Shown piece after piece: positions 44,828 to 54,903 of a stretch of DNA of 64,000 nt; the stretch's first letter is position 1; each line of letters starts with the position of its first letter. Both the position numbers and the translations under genes were made by a program. The DNA comes from a virus. Under the pieces are notes generated by a model. The model was not told where the DNA came from. It did no database searches and saw only the letters and a list, made by a program, of their open reading frames with translations. Location: positions 1-64,000 of the IMG/VR virus record IMGVR_UViG_3300046007_012472. One strand, written 5' to 3'.

Positions 44828-45693
44828 ATACTAGAAAAATTATCATACAATTGATTTCCTAACGAATCCATTTGAGCAAAAAATTGCTTACTGAGTGTAA
44901 TATTTTTTTCTGTGGTTTCTGGACAATAGTCCTGATTTGGGGTTTCTGTCGAAACATACAAATTATTCCAATATGTTGGGAACTCTTCCCAAAGATCACC
45001 TTGCCCAATCAAATCCCACACCCGAGTTCCAATCGTTGGAACAGTTTTGTAATAAACCGAATCCTTTAGACCCTTAATAGTTCTCATGCTGCCGGTAATT
45101 ATGGCTTGATGTTTTTTGAATTTTTGGTCAGAAAGGTATTTAAGATGTGAATTTGCATCAATTCCTGCTTCTTCCATTCTACCGGGAATGATGCTTGCAT
45201 AACATACATTATCATAATTTAATGCTTTTATAATTGTTCCGCTGTCTGAAATTCCAGTAACATTCAAATACAAATTCTTAAATTCTCCAAATGGACCTTT
45301 ATTCCAAAAAATAGGTCTATCTGTTTCTCTTAAGATATAACTGAAATGCGGTATTTTCAATGCTATTTTACTTTTACCGGTATCGAATTTTGAAATAAGA
45401 TTTGCCCATTTAATTATATCAGAAGGACTCATAAAAGAATTTGGAACTTGAACATAGATTAACGAATTTCCACCACAGATTTCATCCATGGTATCGCTCA
45501 TGGTCTTTACCAACTTCTCAAGCTCTGCCACTGTATGACAGTTAACTTTGGCTAGGGCGTTTGGATTTGTTGTTATGCCCAAACAAGATTTAGACGATAT
45601 TTTCTTGCCTAACTTGTCCCATATGCGTCTGATTGCTTCGGTATCTGCTGTGTCAAAGAAAAAGGCTGGAAGTGTAGTTTCTGTTGTATTCAT
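44824..45693 (-). CDS. divergent transaldolase/fructose-6-phosphate aldolase family protein
   Basis: FFDTAD, GITTNP, LKIP Schiff-base Lys, NVT, GR, SMR. Confidence 0.8.
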   Translation of the reverse strand: MNTTETTLPAFFFDTADTEAIRRIWDKLGKKISSKSCLGITTNPNALAKVNCHTVAELEKLVKTMSDTMDEICGGNSLIYVQVPNSFMSPSDIIKWANLISKFDTGKSKIALKIPHFSYILRETDRPIFWNKGPFGEFKNLYLNVTGISDSGTIIKALNYDNVCYASIIPGRMEEAGIDANSHLKYLSDQKFKKHQAIITGSMRTIKGLKDSVYYKTVPTIGTRVWDLIGQGDLWEEFPTYWNNLYVSTETPNQDYCPETTEKNITLSKQFFAQMDSLGNQLYDNFSSM

Positions 45694-45695
45694 GT

Positions 45696-46076
45696 TTAAG
45701 GATTCTCCGCCGTTCTGTCTCCTTTTATGAGACGGTCTTTAATTGCTTGTATTGATGTTTTCCAATCGGTATGACGATGAACTGCATCATCGATAAAAAG
45801 ATCTGCGTGTGGTTTACTCCACCAAATTTCATCATATGGAATTTGATGTTTTTCTAACCAATCAAAAAGTATTTTTCCTTGTTTAGCAAGAACTTTTCCT
45901 TGATTTCCCCCACAAGTTCTCATGTGTCTTCCTGTATGAAGAATGATTGTGTGTCCTTCAGATTTTAACCAACGAATAGTTTCTACTGCTTCTGGAAAAG
46001 GATTGACATCGAAATATGTCATGTTTCCTAATTTTCTTTCACATACTGTATTATCAAGATCAAAGGCAAAAATCAT
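45696..46076 (-). CDS. HAD capsule-biosynthesis phosphatase (EcbF/BcbF-like)
   Basis: FDLDNTVC, TGRHMRT..GN.GK, WL....PYDEI...KP..D.FIDD. Confidence 0.85.
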   Translation of the reverse strand: MIFAFDLDNTVCERKLGNMTYFDVNPFPEAVETIRWLKSEGHTIILHTGRHMRTCGGNQGKVLAKQGKILFDWLEKHQIPYDEIWWSKPHADLFIDDAVHRHTDWKTSIQAIKDRLIKGDRTAENP

Positions 46077-46852
46077 TCTTTCCCTTTCATCATAAAAATA
46101 TTAACATCTTCGGGGGTTCCAAGAGGAACTACAGAATTAACCATATGAACATGCACAGGCTGACCTATTTTTGCATGATGTTTAGGTAACATACTCATGT
46201 AATATTCTTCTTTATTTTCTGGTCCTATTGGTGCTAGATTATCCATTATAAAATCTGCATAATTTTTAAATTGATCCACTCTTGAAAAATAGAATGTTCC
46301 AATGAGAGCAGGATAATTTATCCAATTATCGTCCTTTTCCCTCAATTCTATTGCTAGATTATTTTTTATTCTGGCATTACACCATTTATTTGGGAGTTTT
46401 TTGTTCTCGTCGTCAAAACAACAAATTGCCATGGTGCTCAAGTCGGATGGAAGCGAACTAAAAAAAGTATCCATTCCTGAATGATCGTATTTATTGTCAG
46501 AATCTAAAAATAAAATTGGGCTATTCGAAAACTTTATTTTGTCACATGCTATTCTTGCAGTTTCCAAATTTCCCCTTGTCACCTGATCAAATGGTATTAT
46601 TGTTATATTTTCTCCGTATATGGATTTTAAAAATTCTCCAACACCATCTTCTAGATGTTCTTTTAACACAGCAAAGCATAAATTAATGGTTTTGTCTTGC
46701 TCTTTCACATTATGTTTTATAAACGGGCATGATTCTGTTGTCCATTGCAATATTGTTTTACCGTTTACCATTACCATGGGTTTTGGTACACAATATCCCT
46801 TTTCGGTAAAACGATTTCCTTTCCCAGCCATCAATATCATTATGTTTAGCAT
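46073..46852 (-). CDS. sugar-phosphate nucleotidyltransferase
   Basis: MAGKGNRF...GY..PKP, TRG..ET, LGTPED. Confidence 0.85.
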   Translation of the reverse strand: MLNIMILMAGKGNRFTEKGYCVPKPMVMVNGKTILQWTTESCPFIKHNVKEQDKTINLCFAVLKEHLEDGVGEFLKSIYGENITIIPFDQVTRGNLETARIACDKIKFSNSPILFLDSDNKYDHSGMDTFFSSLPSDLSTMAICCFDDENKKLPNKWCNARIKNNLAIELREKDDNWINYPALIGTFYFSRVDQFKNYADFIMDNLAPIGPENKEEYYMSMLPKHHAKIGQPVHVHMVNSVVPLGTPEDVNIFMMKGKE

Positions 46853-47790
46853 AAATTTTTCATAGCCTCATTTAAATTTTTTATTCCAGTCAAATACATT
46901 ATCATTTGACGCTTTTTACAATCATAATGTCTAGCACACATTCCAACGAATATCAATCCTTCAACAAGACGAATCAAATCAATGTTTTTATCACTAAATA
47001 TTTTTTTGTATGCATTAAAAGCATCTTGTTTGTTTTCATTTTCCAACAATTCAATATTATACACTCCTGTTGACTTTTTTTCAACTACAAAACTGTCATT
47101 TATGAATAATTCATATCCACCTTCAACTGAATGTAATAATTTTGCGCAATCATACATGCTGTCACCATATATTCCTTTTGTTCCAAAGGAACCACGCATG
47201 TCTATAAATCTAGAACCTATTTTTGGATGATACAATATATTACTAAAACACATGTCTCCATGAATCATTGTTCTTTTATACAACAGAAGATTTTTTTCTA
47301 TAAGTGCCTGTATTTTATCCCAAAGTTTTTCAAAATTAACATATTCTTTATCATTGATTATTAATTTATCACCAGAAAATAACTCATGGTCGTAATAGGA
47401 TTTTTTTAAGTTTTCGTATTCATTTTTTGTTTTAGTTATGTACATGGAAATTGCGTGGCTTTCTGCATCTTTATTTTCTTGAACATAATTGGACATCAAT
47501 CCAATGGCTTCTTTAATGTTAGAAAAAACAGAAATCCAATCAAATTTTTCATCTGAAAGCATATATTCTCCGAGATTTTTATACGGATAATATTCAATTA
47601 CAAGATGATATTTTTGATTTGCAACATAAGAATCTTTTTTTCTTGGAAAAAGATGTTTTACATTGGAAGGAATCGAGTCGTAATACGCGATTTCATCTAA
47701 TAGCCTATCGGAAGCACTGCTTTTTTCGACTAGACCAAAAGGTAAAATTTGTATTGTGTTGTATGCTCTCGTATTAAATGTTTTTTCCAT
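46846..47790 (-). CDS. APH/choline-kinase-fold sugar kinase (capsule biosynthesis type)
   Basis: TRAYN, HGDMCFSNIL, IDMRG.FG...IYGD..YD.AKL.HS. Confidence 0.85.
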   Translation of the reverse strand: MEKTFNTRAYNTIQILPFGLVEKSSASDRLLDEIAYYDSIPSNVKHLFPRKKDSYVANQKYHLVIEYYPYKNLGEYMLSDEKFDWISVFSNIKEAIGLMSNYVQENKDAESHAISMYITKTKNEYENLKKSYYDHELFSGDKLIINDKEYVNFEKLWDKIQALIEKNLLLYKRTMIHGDMCFSNILYHPKIGSRFIDMRGSFGTKGIYGDSMYDCAKLLHSVEGGYELFINDSFVVEKKSTGVYNIELLENENKQDAFNAYKKIFSDKNIDLIRLVEGLIFVGMCARHYDCKKRQMIMYLTGIKNLNEAMKNLC

Positions 47791-48394
47791 ACTTATGCTC
47801 AATAATTTCATCGATGGAAATCATATTTAATTGAAAACGCCTAGCCAATTCCTCTAGTTGCGGCAATCTTGCCATAGAACCGTCATCGTTCATTACTTCT
47901 ATTATGATTGCTACCGGCTTGACTTGAGCCATCAAACATAATTCAACACTAGATTCTGTATGACCCTGACGCTCCTTCAGAAGCCCTGGTCTAGCACGAA
48001 GAGGAAAAAGGTGTCCGGGCTGTGCAAAATCGCCAGGAACACTCTGTTCACTTATAAATTTTTTAATAGTCACCATTCGATCGTTCACACTTACTCCAGT
48101 GGAAATTCCTTCTGAAGCATCTATGCTATTTGCAAATGGTGTTACAAACTTATCTAATTTGTTGCTTTGCATCATTGGAATAGATAATCGTTCCAATCTG
48201 TCAGCCATGCAAGGCAAGCACATTATTCCGCGTCCCCATTTTGCCATAAAAGCTAATGTTTCCGCAGAGGCCATTTCAGCCGCAAGCATCAAATCACCTT
48301 CGTTTTCTCTGTCATAACTATCAACTATAATTATAGGCTTGCCTGATTTTATATCACCCAAAACATTTTTAATATTGCATTCACTTGTATTCAT
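47774..48394 (-). CDS. ribB: 3,4-dihydroxy-2-butanone 4-phosphate synthase
   Basis: DRENEGDL, TGVS..DR, PGHLFPL, RQGHTE. Confidence 0.93.
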   Translation of the reverse strand: MNTSECNIKNVLGDIKSGKPIIIVDSYDRENEGDLMLAAEMASAETLAFMAKWGRGIMCLPCMADRLERLSIPMMQSNKLDKFVTPFANSIDASEGISTGVSVNDRMVTIKKFISEQSVPGDFAQPGHLFPLRARPGLLKERQGHTESSVELCLMAQVKPVAIIIEVMNDDGSMARLPQLEELARRFQLNMISIDEIIEHKYGKNI

Positions 48395-48431
48395 TTTGTT
48401 TGCTCCAATCTTATTTGTATATATTTTGCTT

Positions 48432-49145
48432 TTATTTGCAGTTTATTGTTTCTTTGTGAGATTCATGGTAATATTCAAACTGTTTCAAATTTCCAACTCT
48501 ATCTTTTGCGTATATGTTCAACAAAGAGCCCAGCACGGGAAGATCTCCCCACCTATTTTTATGTTGCAATTCACTGAAAGCTATTTGCTTCAGGATGGAA
48601 CTTACAGGTGGTTCACGCCAAAATTGAACACTACTTATGCAGACATTGGTGTATGGAAATTTGTGATCATAAAAGAGGCTTGCCGGAACATTTGTTATTG
48701 ATTCTATAAACTGGGGTAGAGTGGCGTTTGTTGCCTCATGACTTTCACGGCAAGGCGCGCTAATCAAAAACACCTTGTCATCTATACAAGAAAATGGATC
48801 GATTTCAATCTTTGATATAAAGCAATCTTCATCAACTCTTAATATAAAATCATATTCTTTCGTATAATTCCAGATGTCATACATGTTGAATTTACACATT
48901 CCTGCGTAACCACCCGTCCATATAGAGCTAACATCAACGAATTGAATCGTCTTGTCTTGGCTATGTTCTAGTATGAAATCTTGATGCTCTTTGCTGATAT
49001 TACCCTCATGAAAAATAATGGATTGGTAATGTTTATTCATTTTTTCATTCAGATGATGATAAATCAAGTTATTCCTCTGAATAAGCATATAATAGTTATT
49101 TACATGGGAATATCCTCTTGTCAAACAAACTATGGCGTTTTTCAT
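48432..49145 (-). CDS. GT15-like mannosyltransferase
   Basis: GY..MC.F, RVDED, RWGD. Confidence 0.7.
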   Translation of the reverse strand: MKNAIVCLTRGYSHVNNYYMLIQRNNLIYHHLNEKMNKHYQSIIFHEGNISKEHQDFILEHSQDKTIQFVDVSSIWTGGYAGMCKFNMYDIWNYTKEYDFILRVDEDCFISKIEIDPFSCIDDKVFLISAPCRESHEATNATLPQFIESITNVPASLFYDHKFPYTNVCISSVQFWREPPVSSILKQIAFSELQHKNRWGDLPVLGSLLNIYAKDRVGNLKQFEYYHESHKETINCK

Positions 49146-49993
49146 AATATTTTCCTCAATTGCTCTTTCAGAAGTTCAAGAGAAGGTTCTTTTCCTTCGA
49201 ACAAATATTCAGATCGTATTTTCTCATAATCCTCATCATTATTGTCCAGTTCTATTATTTTTTCAACAAAAGCATCCATGCTGGGGAAATCGTTTAAGTT
49301 TATAAACGATTTGGTGTTGAAATCGTGATTGCAGTGCTCGTCTGCCCAATATAGGGGAAGGCAACCGGCAACCTTTGCGTGAAGCAATTTTTCTGTGTAA
49401 TATCCAGGATGAGTTCCATTTTCAAAACAAATGTTGAATTTATAATTTGATATGATATCATATTTTATATCTTCGCCATTTGAATGATTGCCGAAAGGTG
49501 CTCCGAAACATTCAATTGGTTTATATTTTGAAAGTTTTTGAAGTATTTCTATTCTATTTCTGATTGGATTGCTGAATACTATTGAACAAAACTTGGTTTT
49601 AGGACGAACTGAAAATCTACTATTTCTGAGTTCACCCTGTGGTATGACAAATTTTGGATTCCCGTAACCAATTTTATCGAACCAATCTATCTGAAGCATC
49701 CACAATGGAAGTCGGATGTTTCTTCCTTCATAATCGGAAAAATCAAAGGTTAGGCTATAATCACATTCTTCGTAATTTGGGCGTTTGTTTTCCCCAGTAT
49801 AGAATATTTTTTTGACCTTTTTCCTGTCGGCAGCGTGGTGCTCAGACCCAAAACAAGAATAGATTAAAATGTCGGTATTGTCATTTGAGAAAGGTACAAT
49901 CTCACAAGCAGGATACATGCTTTTTAATAAATCAGAAAAAAAGTTATTATAAGGGTCAACATCACCCCAAAAATCACAAAATGAAACTTTCAT
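49142..49993 (-). CDS. GT10 fucosyltransferase-like
   Basis: YTGEN.RP, YKFNICFEN...GYYTEK. Confidence 0.85.
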   Translation of the reverse strand: MKVSFCDFWGDVDPYNNFFSDLLKSMYPACEIVPFSNDNTDILIYSCFGSEHHAADRKKVKKIFYTGENKRPNYEECDYSLTFDFSDYEGRNIRLPLWMLQIDWFDKIGYGNPKFVIPQGELRNSRFSVRPKTKFCSIVFSNPIRNRIEILQKLSKYKPIECFGAPFGNHSNGEDIKYDIISNYKFNICFENGTHPGYYTEKLLHAKVAGCLPLYWADEHCNHDFNTKSFINLNDFPSMDAFVEKIIELDNNDEDYEKIRSEYLFEGKEPSLELLKEQLRKIL

Positions 49994-50563
49994 TCAATTC
50001 TCCACAAATGCAACCAATACATCAGTTTTTCCACTAAAACCTTCTTCATACACTATTTTGTAGTTGGGATTAATCTCCATCAGTTTGTTTTCTATTCCTT
50101 TTACATCATAAAAATTTCTAATAGCCCAGTCAGTACGAGCCTTAAAAATTCTAATATCATCGATCATAATCGTATTGTCATTACGGGTTGAAAAATTTTG
50201 AATAATATCAAGTTCGTGCATTAAAGGCGAATGCGTGTTGATATCGGGATGAATATGACTCAAATCCAAATGGGCATCCAACCAAAATGTTATTTTGTCG
50301 GTTATAGATGGTAGAATTTTTTGTAACACATCGGCACTGTGTCCTAAATGTAGCTCGACATTTCCATTTTTTATTTCAGCTTCAAATCGTTCTGAACAAT
50401 TTGTATAATATGGTTGCATTATTTCTATGCTTATTACTTTTTTTGTTTTGCAATCAAGGGCCATTTGTATTCCATCGCCCATCCATGAACCTGTTTCTAA
50501 AAATAAATCGCTTTTGTATTTTTTGTACACAGATTCAAATAATGTAGTTTTTGTTTCAGACAT
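49994..50563 (-). CDS. class I SAM-dependent methyltransferase-like
   Basis: FLETGS..GDG, SIE, FWLDAH, IDD.R. Confidence 0.7.
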   Translation of the reverse strand: MSETKTTLFESVYKKYKSDLFLETGSWMGDGIQMALDCKTKKVISIEIMQPYYTNCSERFEAEIKNGNVELHLGHSADVLQKILPSITDKITFWLDAHLDLSHIHPDINTHSPLMHELDIIQNFSTRNDNTIMIDDIRIFKARTDWAIRNFYDVKGIENKLMEINPNYKIVYEEGFSGKTDVLVAFVEN

Positions 50564-50580
50564 AATTTTTTTCCTTTATT

Positions 50581-51246
50581 TTAACCCATTTCCTTTGGAT
50601 CCCATTTATGATTTGGGTCCTGATTTAGTGACGAAGAAAATTCCAAACTCTGGAACGCGAGAGGCGGTTGAAACCAATAATTGTTGATATCAAACTTCCT
50701 GACAATGTAGTTATAAAAGTGATCTGATGGTAAATTTACATTAGACATTTCTTTTACCGTTTTTTCAGCAAATTGTTGACTTATGCAAAATGCATGAGTA
50801 CACCTAGACCCTCTATTCGTTCTATAAACATTTACCCCGGGTATTTGCGGCTCTTTTAAGTTGAAGCAGCTTCCTACCCAACCTATATCCCAATCGTTTG
50901 GAAGTTGGTTCATATATGCATCAAAATATTGTGGGAAGTTATCACATAAAACAGCATCATCTTCAAGCACAAGAGCAGAAGCATATTTTTTCTCATGCAT
51001 GTCCTGAACAATCCAGGAATGTTTCAGTGCCAAAGATTTTTCCCCTTCGGTCATTTTTGTTTCTGGATGATTTATTTTTGGGTATTTCTGATTGATTTCA
51101 TTTACATCCCATGTGTCTTTGTCGAAATGTTCAACAAAAAAATAATTTGACATTTTGAATCTGTTCAATTGCTCAGATACTGCAGCTTTTCTTTCCGTCA
51201 ATTTTTTATAATGACAGATGTAAATCTTATCTACAGCTATACTCAT
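50581..51246 (-). CDS. GT25-like glycosyltransferase
   Basis: GE.S..LKH, LVLEDD, LP.DWD. Confidence 0.8.
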   Translation of the reverse strand: MSIAVDKIYICHYKKLTERKAAVSEQLNRFKMSNYFFVEHFDKDTWDVNEINQKYPKINHPETKMTEGEKSLALKHSWIVQDMHEKKYASALVLEDDAVLCDNFPQYFDAYMNQLPNDWDIGWVGSCFNLKEPQIPGVNVYRTNRGSRCTHAFCISQQFAEKTVKEMSNVNLPSDHFYNYIVRKFDINNYWFQPPLAFQSLEFSSSLNQDPNHKWDPKEMG

Positions 51247-51932
51247 ATTCTATCTCCAAATTGTTTATTTTCTTCTACTGTCCAATGGGGTTTATCCATA
51301 TACAATTCATTTTTATTTGGATGTTGAAACTGCGCGTAACCTTGATAATCATATCCATGACATCTGACTTTTGTCTGTTCTTTTATGGAATTTATCTTTT
51401 GGTCTGTCGCATAATAAATATCGGTTCCAAAAAACGCATTTATTGCTCTTGTATAAACAACGGGTCCGGTCAATTCTAGAATTGATTTTATTTTATCTTG
51501 TTTGATATTTTCAACACAATAATCCAAGCAAATTTTCAATATCGGATGCTTGGGGGTAAACATCAAGCACCATTGAACAAATTTTCCTTGATTTTTTTCT
51601 CTGCTTATTATAGAGCAACCGTCATTCAATATTAAACTATCTAGATTTGCAAATATTAGAGAATCCACATCGATGTAGATTCCGCCTCGCTCATAAAGAA
51701 TCGAATATCTCCACAAATCAGCTTTGGCTGCTCCTATGGTGAGTTTGTTGAAACAATCAAACACATCTGTTTCACAATTCTCTTCCATGTATTTCAACAT
51801 GTCTTTATCATCAAATAATTGATATTCATAATTTTTGTTGATTTTCAACATATCATCAATCGTGCTCTTTATGGAGACCGGAAGATGTTTAGTCATCCAA
51901 GTTTGATATATTGTTTTGGGTAATTGAATCAT
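51243..51932 (-). CDS. GT32 DXD glycosyltransferase
   Basis: PKTIYQTW, ADLWRY.ILY..GGIYIDVD, TGP. Confidence 0.88.
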   Translation of the reverse strand: MIQLPKTIYQTWMTKHLPVSIKSTIDDMLKINKNYEYQLFDDKDMLKYMEENCETDVFDCFNKLTIGAAKADLWRYSILYERGGIYIDVDSLIFANLDSLILNDGCSIISREKNQGKFVQWCLMFTPKHPILKICLDYCVENIKQDKIKSILELTGPVVYTRAINAFFGTDIYYATDQKINSIKEQTKVRCHGYDYQGYAQFQHPNKNELYMDKPHWTVEENKQFGDRI

Positions 51933-52765
51933 TTTAATCTTTCAACTATTCTATCATAAAACCCATTCATTGTAAAATACTTTTTGTAAATTTGTTGAAT
52001 TTTGTCTTTGATTATTGGCATTTCCGATTCTCGCTCTTTCAATATTGAAACGATATTTTTAATATCATTTTCCGAAATCAGGACGGAAAAGTCAGACCAA
52101 TTCAGTTCGTCGGACCATGGCAAATATAAATCATCTGTGATGATCACGGGAATAGCCCCAAGTTGCATGCTTTCATACAATCTAAAACTGTTTAGACCAT
52201 ATCCTCTGGGACAAAGACAGAATTTGCTATGGGTGGTGACATCAAAGAAAAAAGAAAATTCATCATCATCCACTTTGGGTGTCCAGCCCTTTATTCGCAT
52301 CAGGATGCCCTCCTCGTTCCTGCATGCCTCGAACATCTTGGCACGAATCGGATGCGTCATTGAGCCTACAAACGAAGCCAGAATGGGTCTTTCTTCTTCC
52401 TGATATTCCCTTTCGATCGGTGAGCATACAAGAGGAATTGGGATGATATTGTTTCCTTTTACATTTCCCCCAGCAGAAAAGCATATGGTATCTGGTGGCA
52501 ATCTCTCGTAAGGTGCATCGTCGTGCTGGGATACGGTAAAATATTTTTTGTCTCTGGGAAGATCATCCAGAAATTTTTGGATTCTTGACCTATCGTTGTG
52601 GCAATATAGGGTTGTCCAACTTATAGCAATATACTCTCTTGAAACTGCGGGGGTCTCTTTCGCAAACTTATTATAGAAATAATCTTCTAGATAATCCCCC
52701 TTGTGGTAGGGGGGATAAACCGGATACATTGGATTGGGTCTAAGATCATCTCTTGTGTGAATCAT
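51929..52765 (-). CDS. exostosin (GT47)-like glycosyltransferase
   Basis: SKFCLCPRGYG..SFRLYE....GAIPVI. Confidence 0.85.
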   Translation of the reverse strand: MIHTRDDLRPNPMYPVYPPYHKGDYLEDYFYNKFAKETPAVSREYIAISWTTLYCHNDRSRIQKFLDDLPRDKKYFTVSQHDDAPYERLPPDTICFSAGGNVKGNNIIPIPLVCSPIEREYQEEERPILASFVGSMTHPIRAKMFEACRNEEGILMRIKGWTPKVDDDEFSFFFDVTTHSKFCLCPRGYGLNSFRLYESMQLGAIPVIITDDLYLPWSDELNWSDFSVLISENDIKNIVSILKERESEMPIIKDKIQQIYKKYFTMNGFYDRIVERLK

Positions 52766-53424
52766 ACAAACCAGAGCCCTTCTTGCTTAAACCTGTTTGT
52801 CTTCTCTTCGATTCCCACCATGTGATTGTTGTGGACAATCACTGCTTTATCTTTGTATCCCGCCTTGTAGTAAACATGTCCATTTGGAAAACGCACCTGA
52901 TTCAACAAGGAAATATTTTCTCTGTATTTTGCAGAAAGATTGTTTATCAATATCTGGTCATCTTCTTCCACATTTTGTGAACATTCATTTATCAATTCTT
53001 TGCATTTTTCATGAGAATTGAACACCATGAATCCCGAGCAAATCATAGATCCAGGAAGGTCACATTGGAACAATATCCAATGATCATCGATGATGTACGG
53101 CATCGGATTTTCTTTAAATACTATATCCGTATCCACCCAGCAGAGCGACTTGTGTTGTGAATAGATTTCAGATATCAATTTCCATTTATTTTTGACAATT
53201 TTTCTGAAATTGCTTTGAGCATCAAAAGTCCAATTTTGATACTCTGTCAATTCCATGTCATCATGCAAAAATGCTCCTTTATATGATTTCATGTTCTCAT
53301 ACGCATTTTTGTCCAGACATGCAATGATAAAATCGTCCAAATTTAGTCCGACTTTTTCTGCCGACTTGAGCATGTTCTTGCATATGTCTATGCAACCACT
53401 ATTTAATTGAGTCAGAAATTTCAT
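52762..53424 (-). CDS. nucleotide-diphospho-sugar transferase (GT77-like)
   Basis: DTDIVF..NP, CSGF, DDQ, FPNG, VHNN. Confidence 0.8.
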   Translation of the reverse strand: MKFLTQLNSGCIDICKNMLKSAEKVGLNLDDFIIACLDKNAYENMKSYKGAFLHDDMELTEYQNWTFDAQSNFRKIVKNKWKLISEIYSQHKSLCWVDTDIVFKENPMPYIIDDHWILFQCDLPGSMICSGFMVFNSHEKCKELINECSQNVEEDDQILINNLSAKYRENISLLNQVRFPNGHVYYKAGYKDKAVIVHNNHMVGIEEKTNRFKQEGLWFV

Positions 53425-54269
53425 TTGATGTACTCGTAAATCATTTCATCTGCCATTTTCAAGTTCATGGCAATTTCAAAGTTTTTCTTGATTGCATCCG
53501 TTCTATCCATATAATCCTTTTCTTCAAGATCAAGTATCCAATCAATTTTGGTGGGATCATTTATTGTTATTATCCCATTAGGATCAAATATTTTTGATAT
53601 ATTCGGATCTCCCCAATATAAGGGAATTGTTCCTGTAACAAAACAATCTGTTATTTTTTCCGTGTAATATCCTGGATGATTATCGTTTTCTATTGTAATA
53701 GAAAACCTGTATTCTTGTAAAGCTTCTAATTTTGGTCTATGATGAGTTCCCCTGTCAACTCCTATCACTTTACTATTTGCCACGCCTCCATATAAATCAA
53801 TTTTATCTTTTAAATTTGAAGCAATGCCCCATCTTATTCTGTGGCCTTTTGTAAAATTTTTAGAAGACGATAACATCGATACATTTTTTGATTTCTTATA
53901 AATTTGGCATTCATCTCTATCACCCCAAGGCAAATTGCTTCCTGGAGCTATTTTAATGAATCTAGAATCTTCTTGAGTCAATTCGTCACTACAGGTAAAA
54001 ATTCCTTTTATTTTTTCAAATAATTTTTCCTTGTTATTTTTTATAAACAGTATAACATCAGGCACAACTTGAAATGATTCTACGATCCAACCATACAAAA
54101 TTTTGTCTTCTACAGAAGAATGCAAAGACATAGGAATTGCCCTGTCTGCCAAAATATAAATTGGAGAATCTGGATTTCCTGACCATCTAAAATTTTTAGG
54201 TTTTCTCGTTGAACAAGAAGAGCCATGATTTAACGAAAAAGGAGCACCTATTATTGTTAATTCATCCAT
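53421..54269 (-). CDS. GT10-like glycosyltransferase
   Basis: YRFSITIEN...GYYTEKI.DCF..GTIP.YWG. Confidence 0.8.
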   Translation of the reverse strand: MDELTIIGAPFSLNHGSSCSTRKPKNFRWSGNPDSPIYILADRAIPMSLHSSVEDKILYGWIVESFQVVPDVILFIKNNKEKLFEKIKGIFTCSDELTQEDSRFIKIAPGSNLPWGDRDECQIYKKSKNVSMLSSSKNFTKGHRIRWGIASNLKDKIDLYGGVANSKVIGVDRGTHHRPKLEALQEYRFSITIENDNHPGYYTEKITDCFVTGTIPLYWGDPNISKIFDPNGIITINDPTKIDWILDLEEKDYMDRTDAIKKNFEIAMNLKMADEMIYEYIK

Positions 54270-54903
54270 ATAAAGGAACCCTTGTTAAATTTTCCCATTT
54301 GTTTGCACTATTTTTCTTGTCGGATTGATAAAAAATCGGTTTATTCATCACATAAACATTAAAATTTGTTTGGTTAGTATATAGCCCCATGTCAAACGGC
54401 ATATCTTTTGTCATAAGACAATCATCAATTTGTTCTATTACATGTTTTTTATATTTTTCAGTGAGATATAAAATTGCATGTGTGGATAACATGTGATGAA
54501 GCTGACTTATTTCATCATTTAATTTTTCGTAAACAGGTCTTCCGGCGTGAGAAATTCCCAACCAAACTGCATCTGCGTTATCAGGAATTTCTAGAATAAA
54601 ATTACAATTTTGTTCCATGTCCACATCATCTTCCAAAACAATTAATGGATTTGGATTTAAATTATCAACCAATGCTTTTTTATGGGCCAAAGCACATCCA
54701 AAATAATGTGATCTTTTACCTCCCCATCTGATCTCATTTAACCATTTTTCATCATCCGATGTGATTCGTATTCCTGTTGTCCAGTTTATATTTTCAAACT
54801 TATTTTCTGATAAAAGAGATTCTGTGGATTTTGAATTTATGCTATTTTTTTCCATGCTTATCCACAATGTTTGAATTTTTCTGATATCAATTTTCTGTGC
54901 CAT
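54262..54903 (-). CDS. GT25-like glycosyltransferase
   Basis: GCALAH, VLEDD, P..ADA.WLG.S, THAILY. Confidence 0.7.
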   Translation of the reverse strand: MAQKIDIRKIQTLWISMEKNSINSKSTESLLSENKFENINWTTGIRITSDDEKWLNEIRWGGKRSHYFGCALAHKKALVDNLNPNPLIVLEDDVDMEQNCNFILEIPDNADAVWLGISHAGRPVYEKLNDEISQLHHMLSTHAILYLTEKYKKHVIEQIDDCLMTKDMPFDMGLYTNQTNFNVYVMNKPIFYQSDKKNSANKWENLTRVPLYG

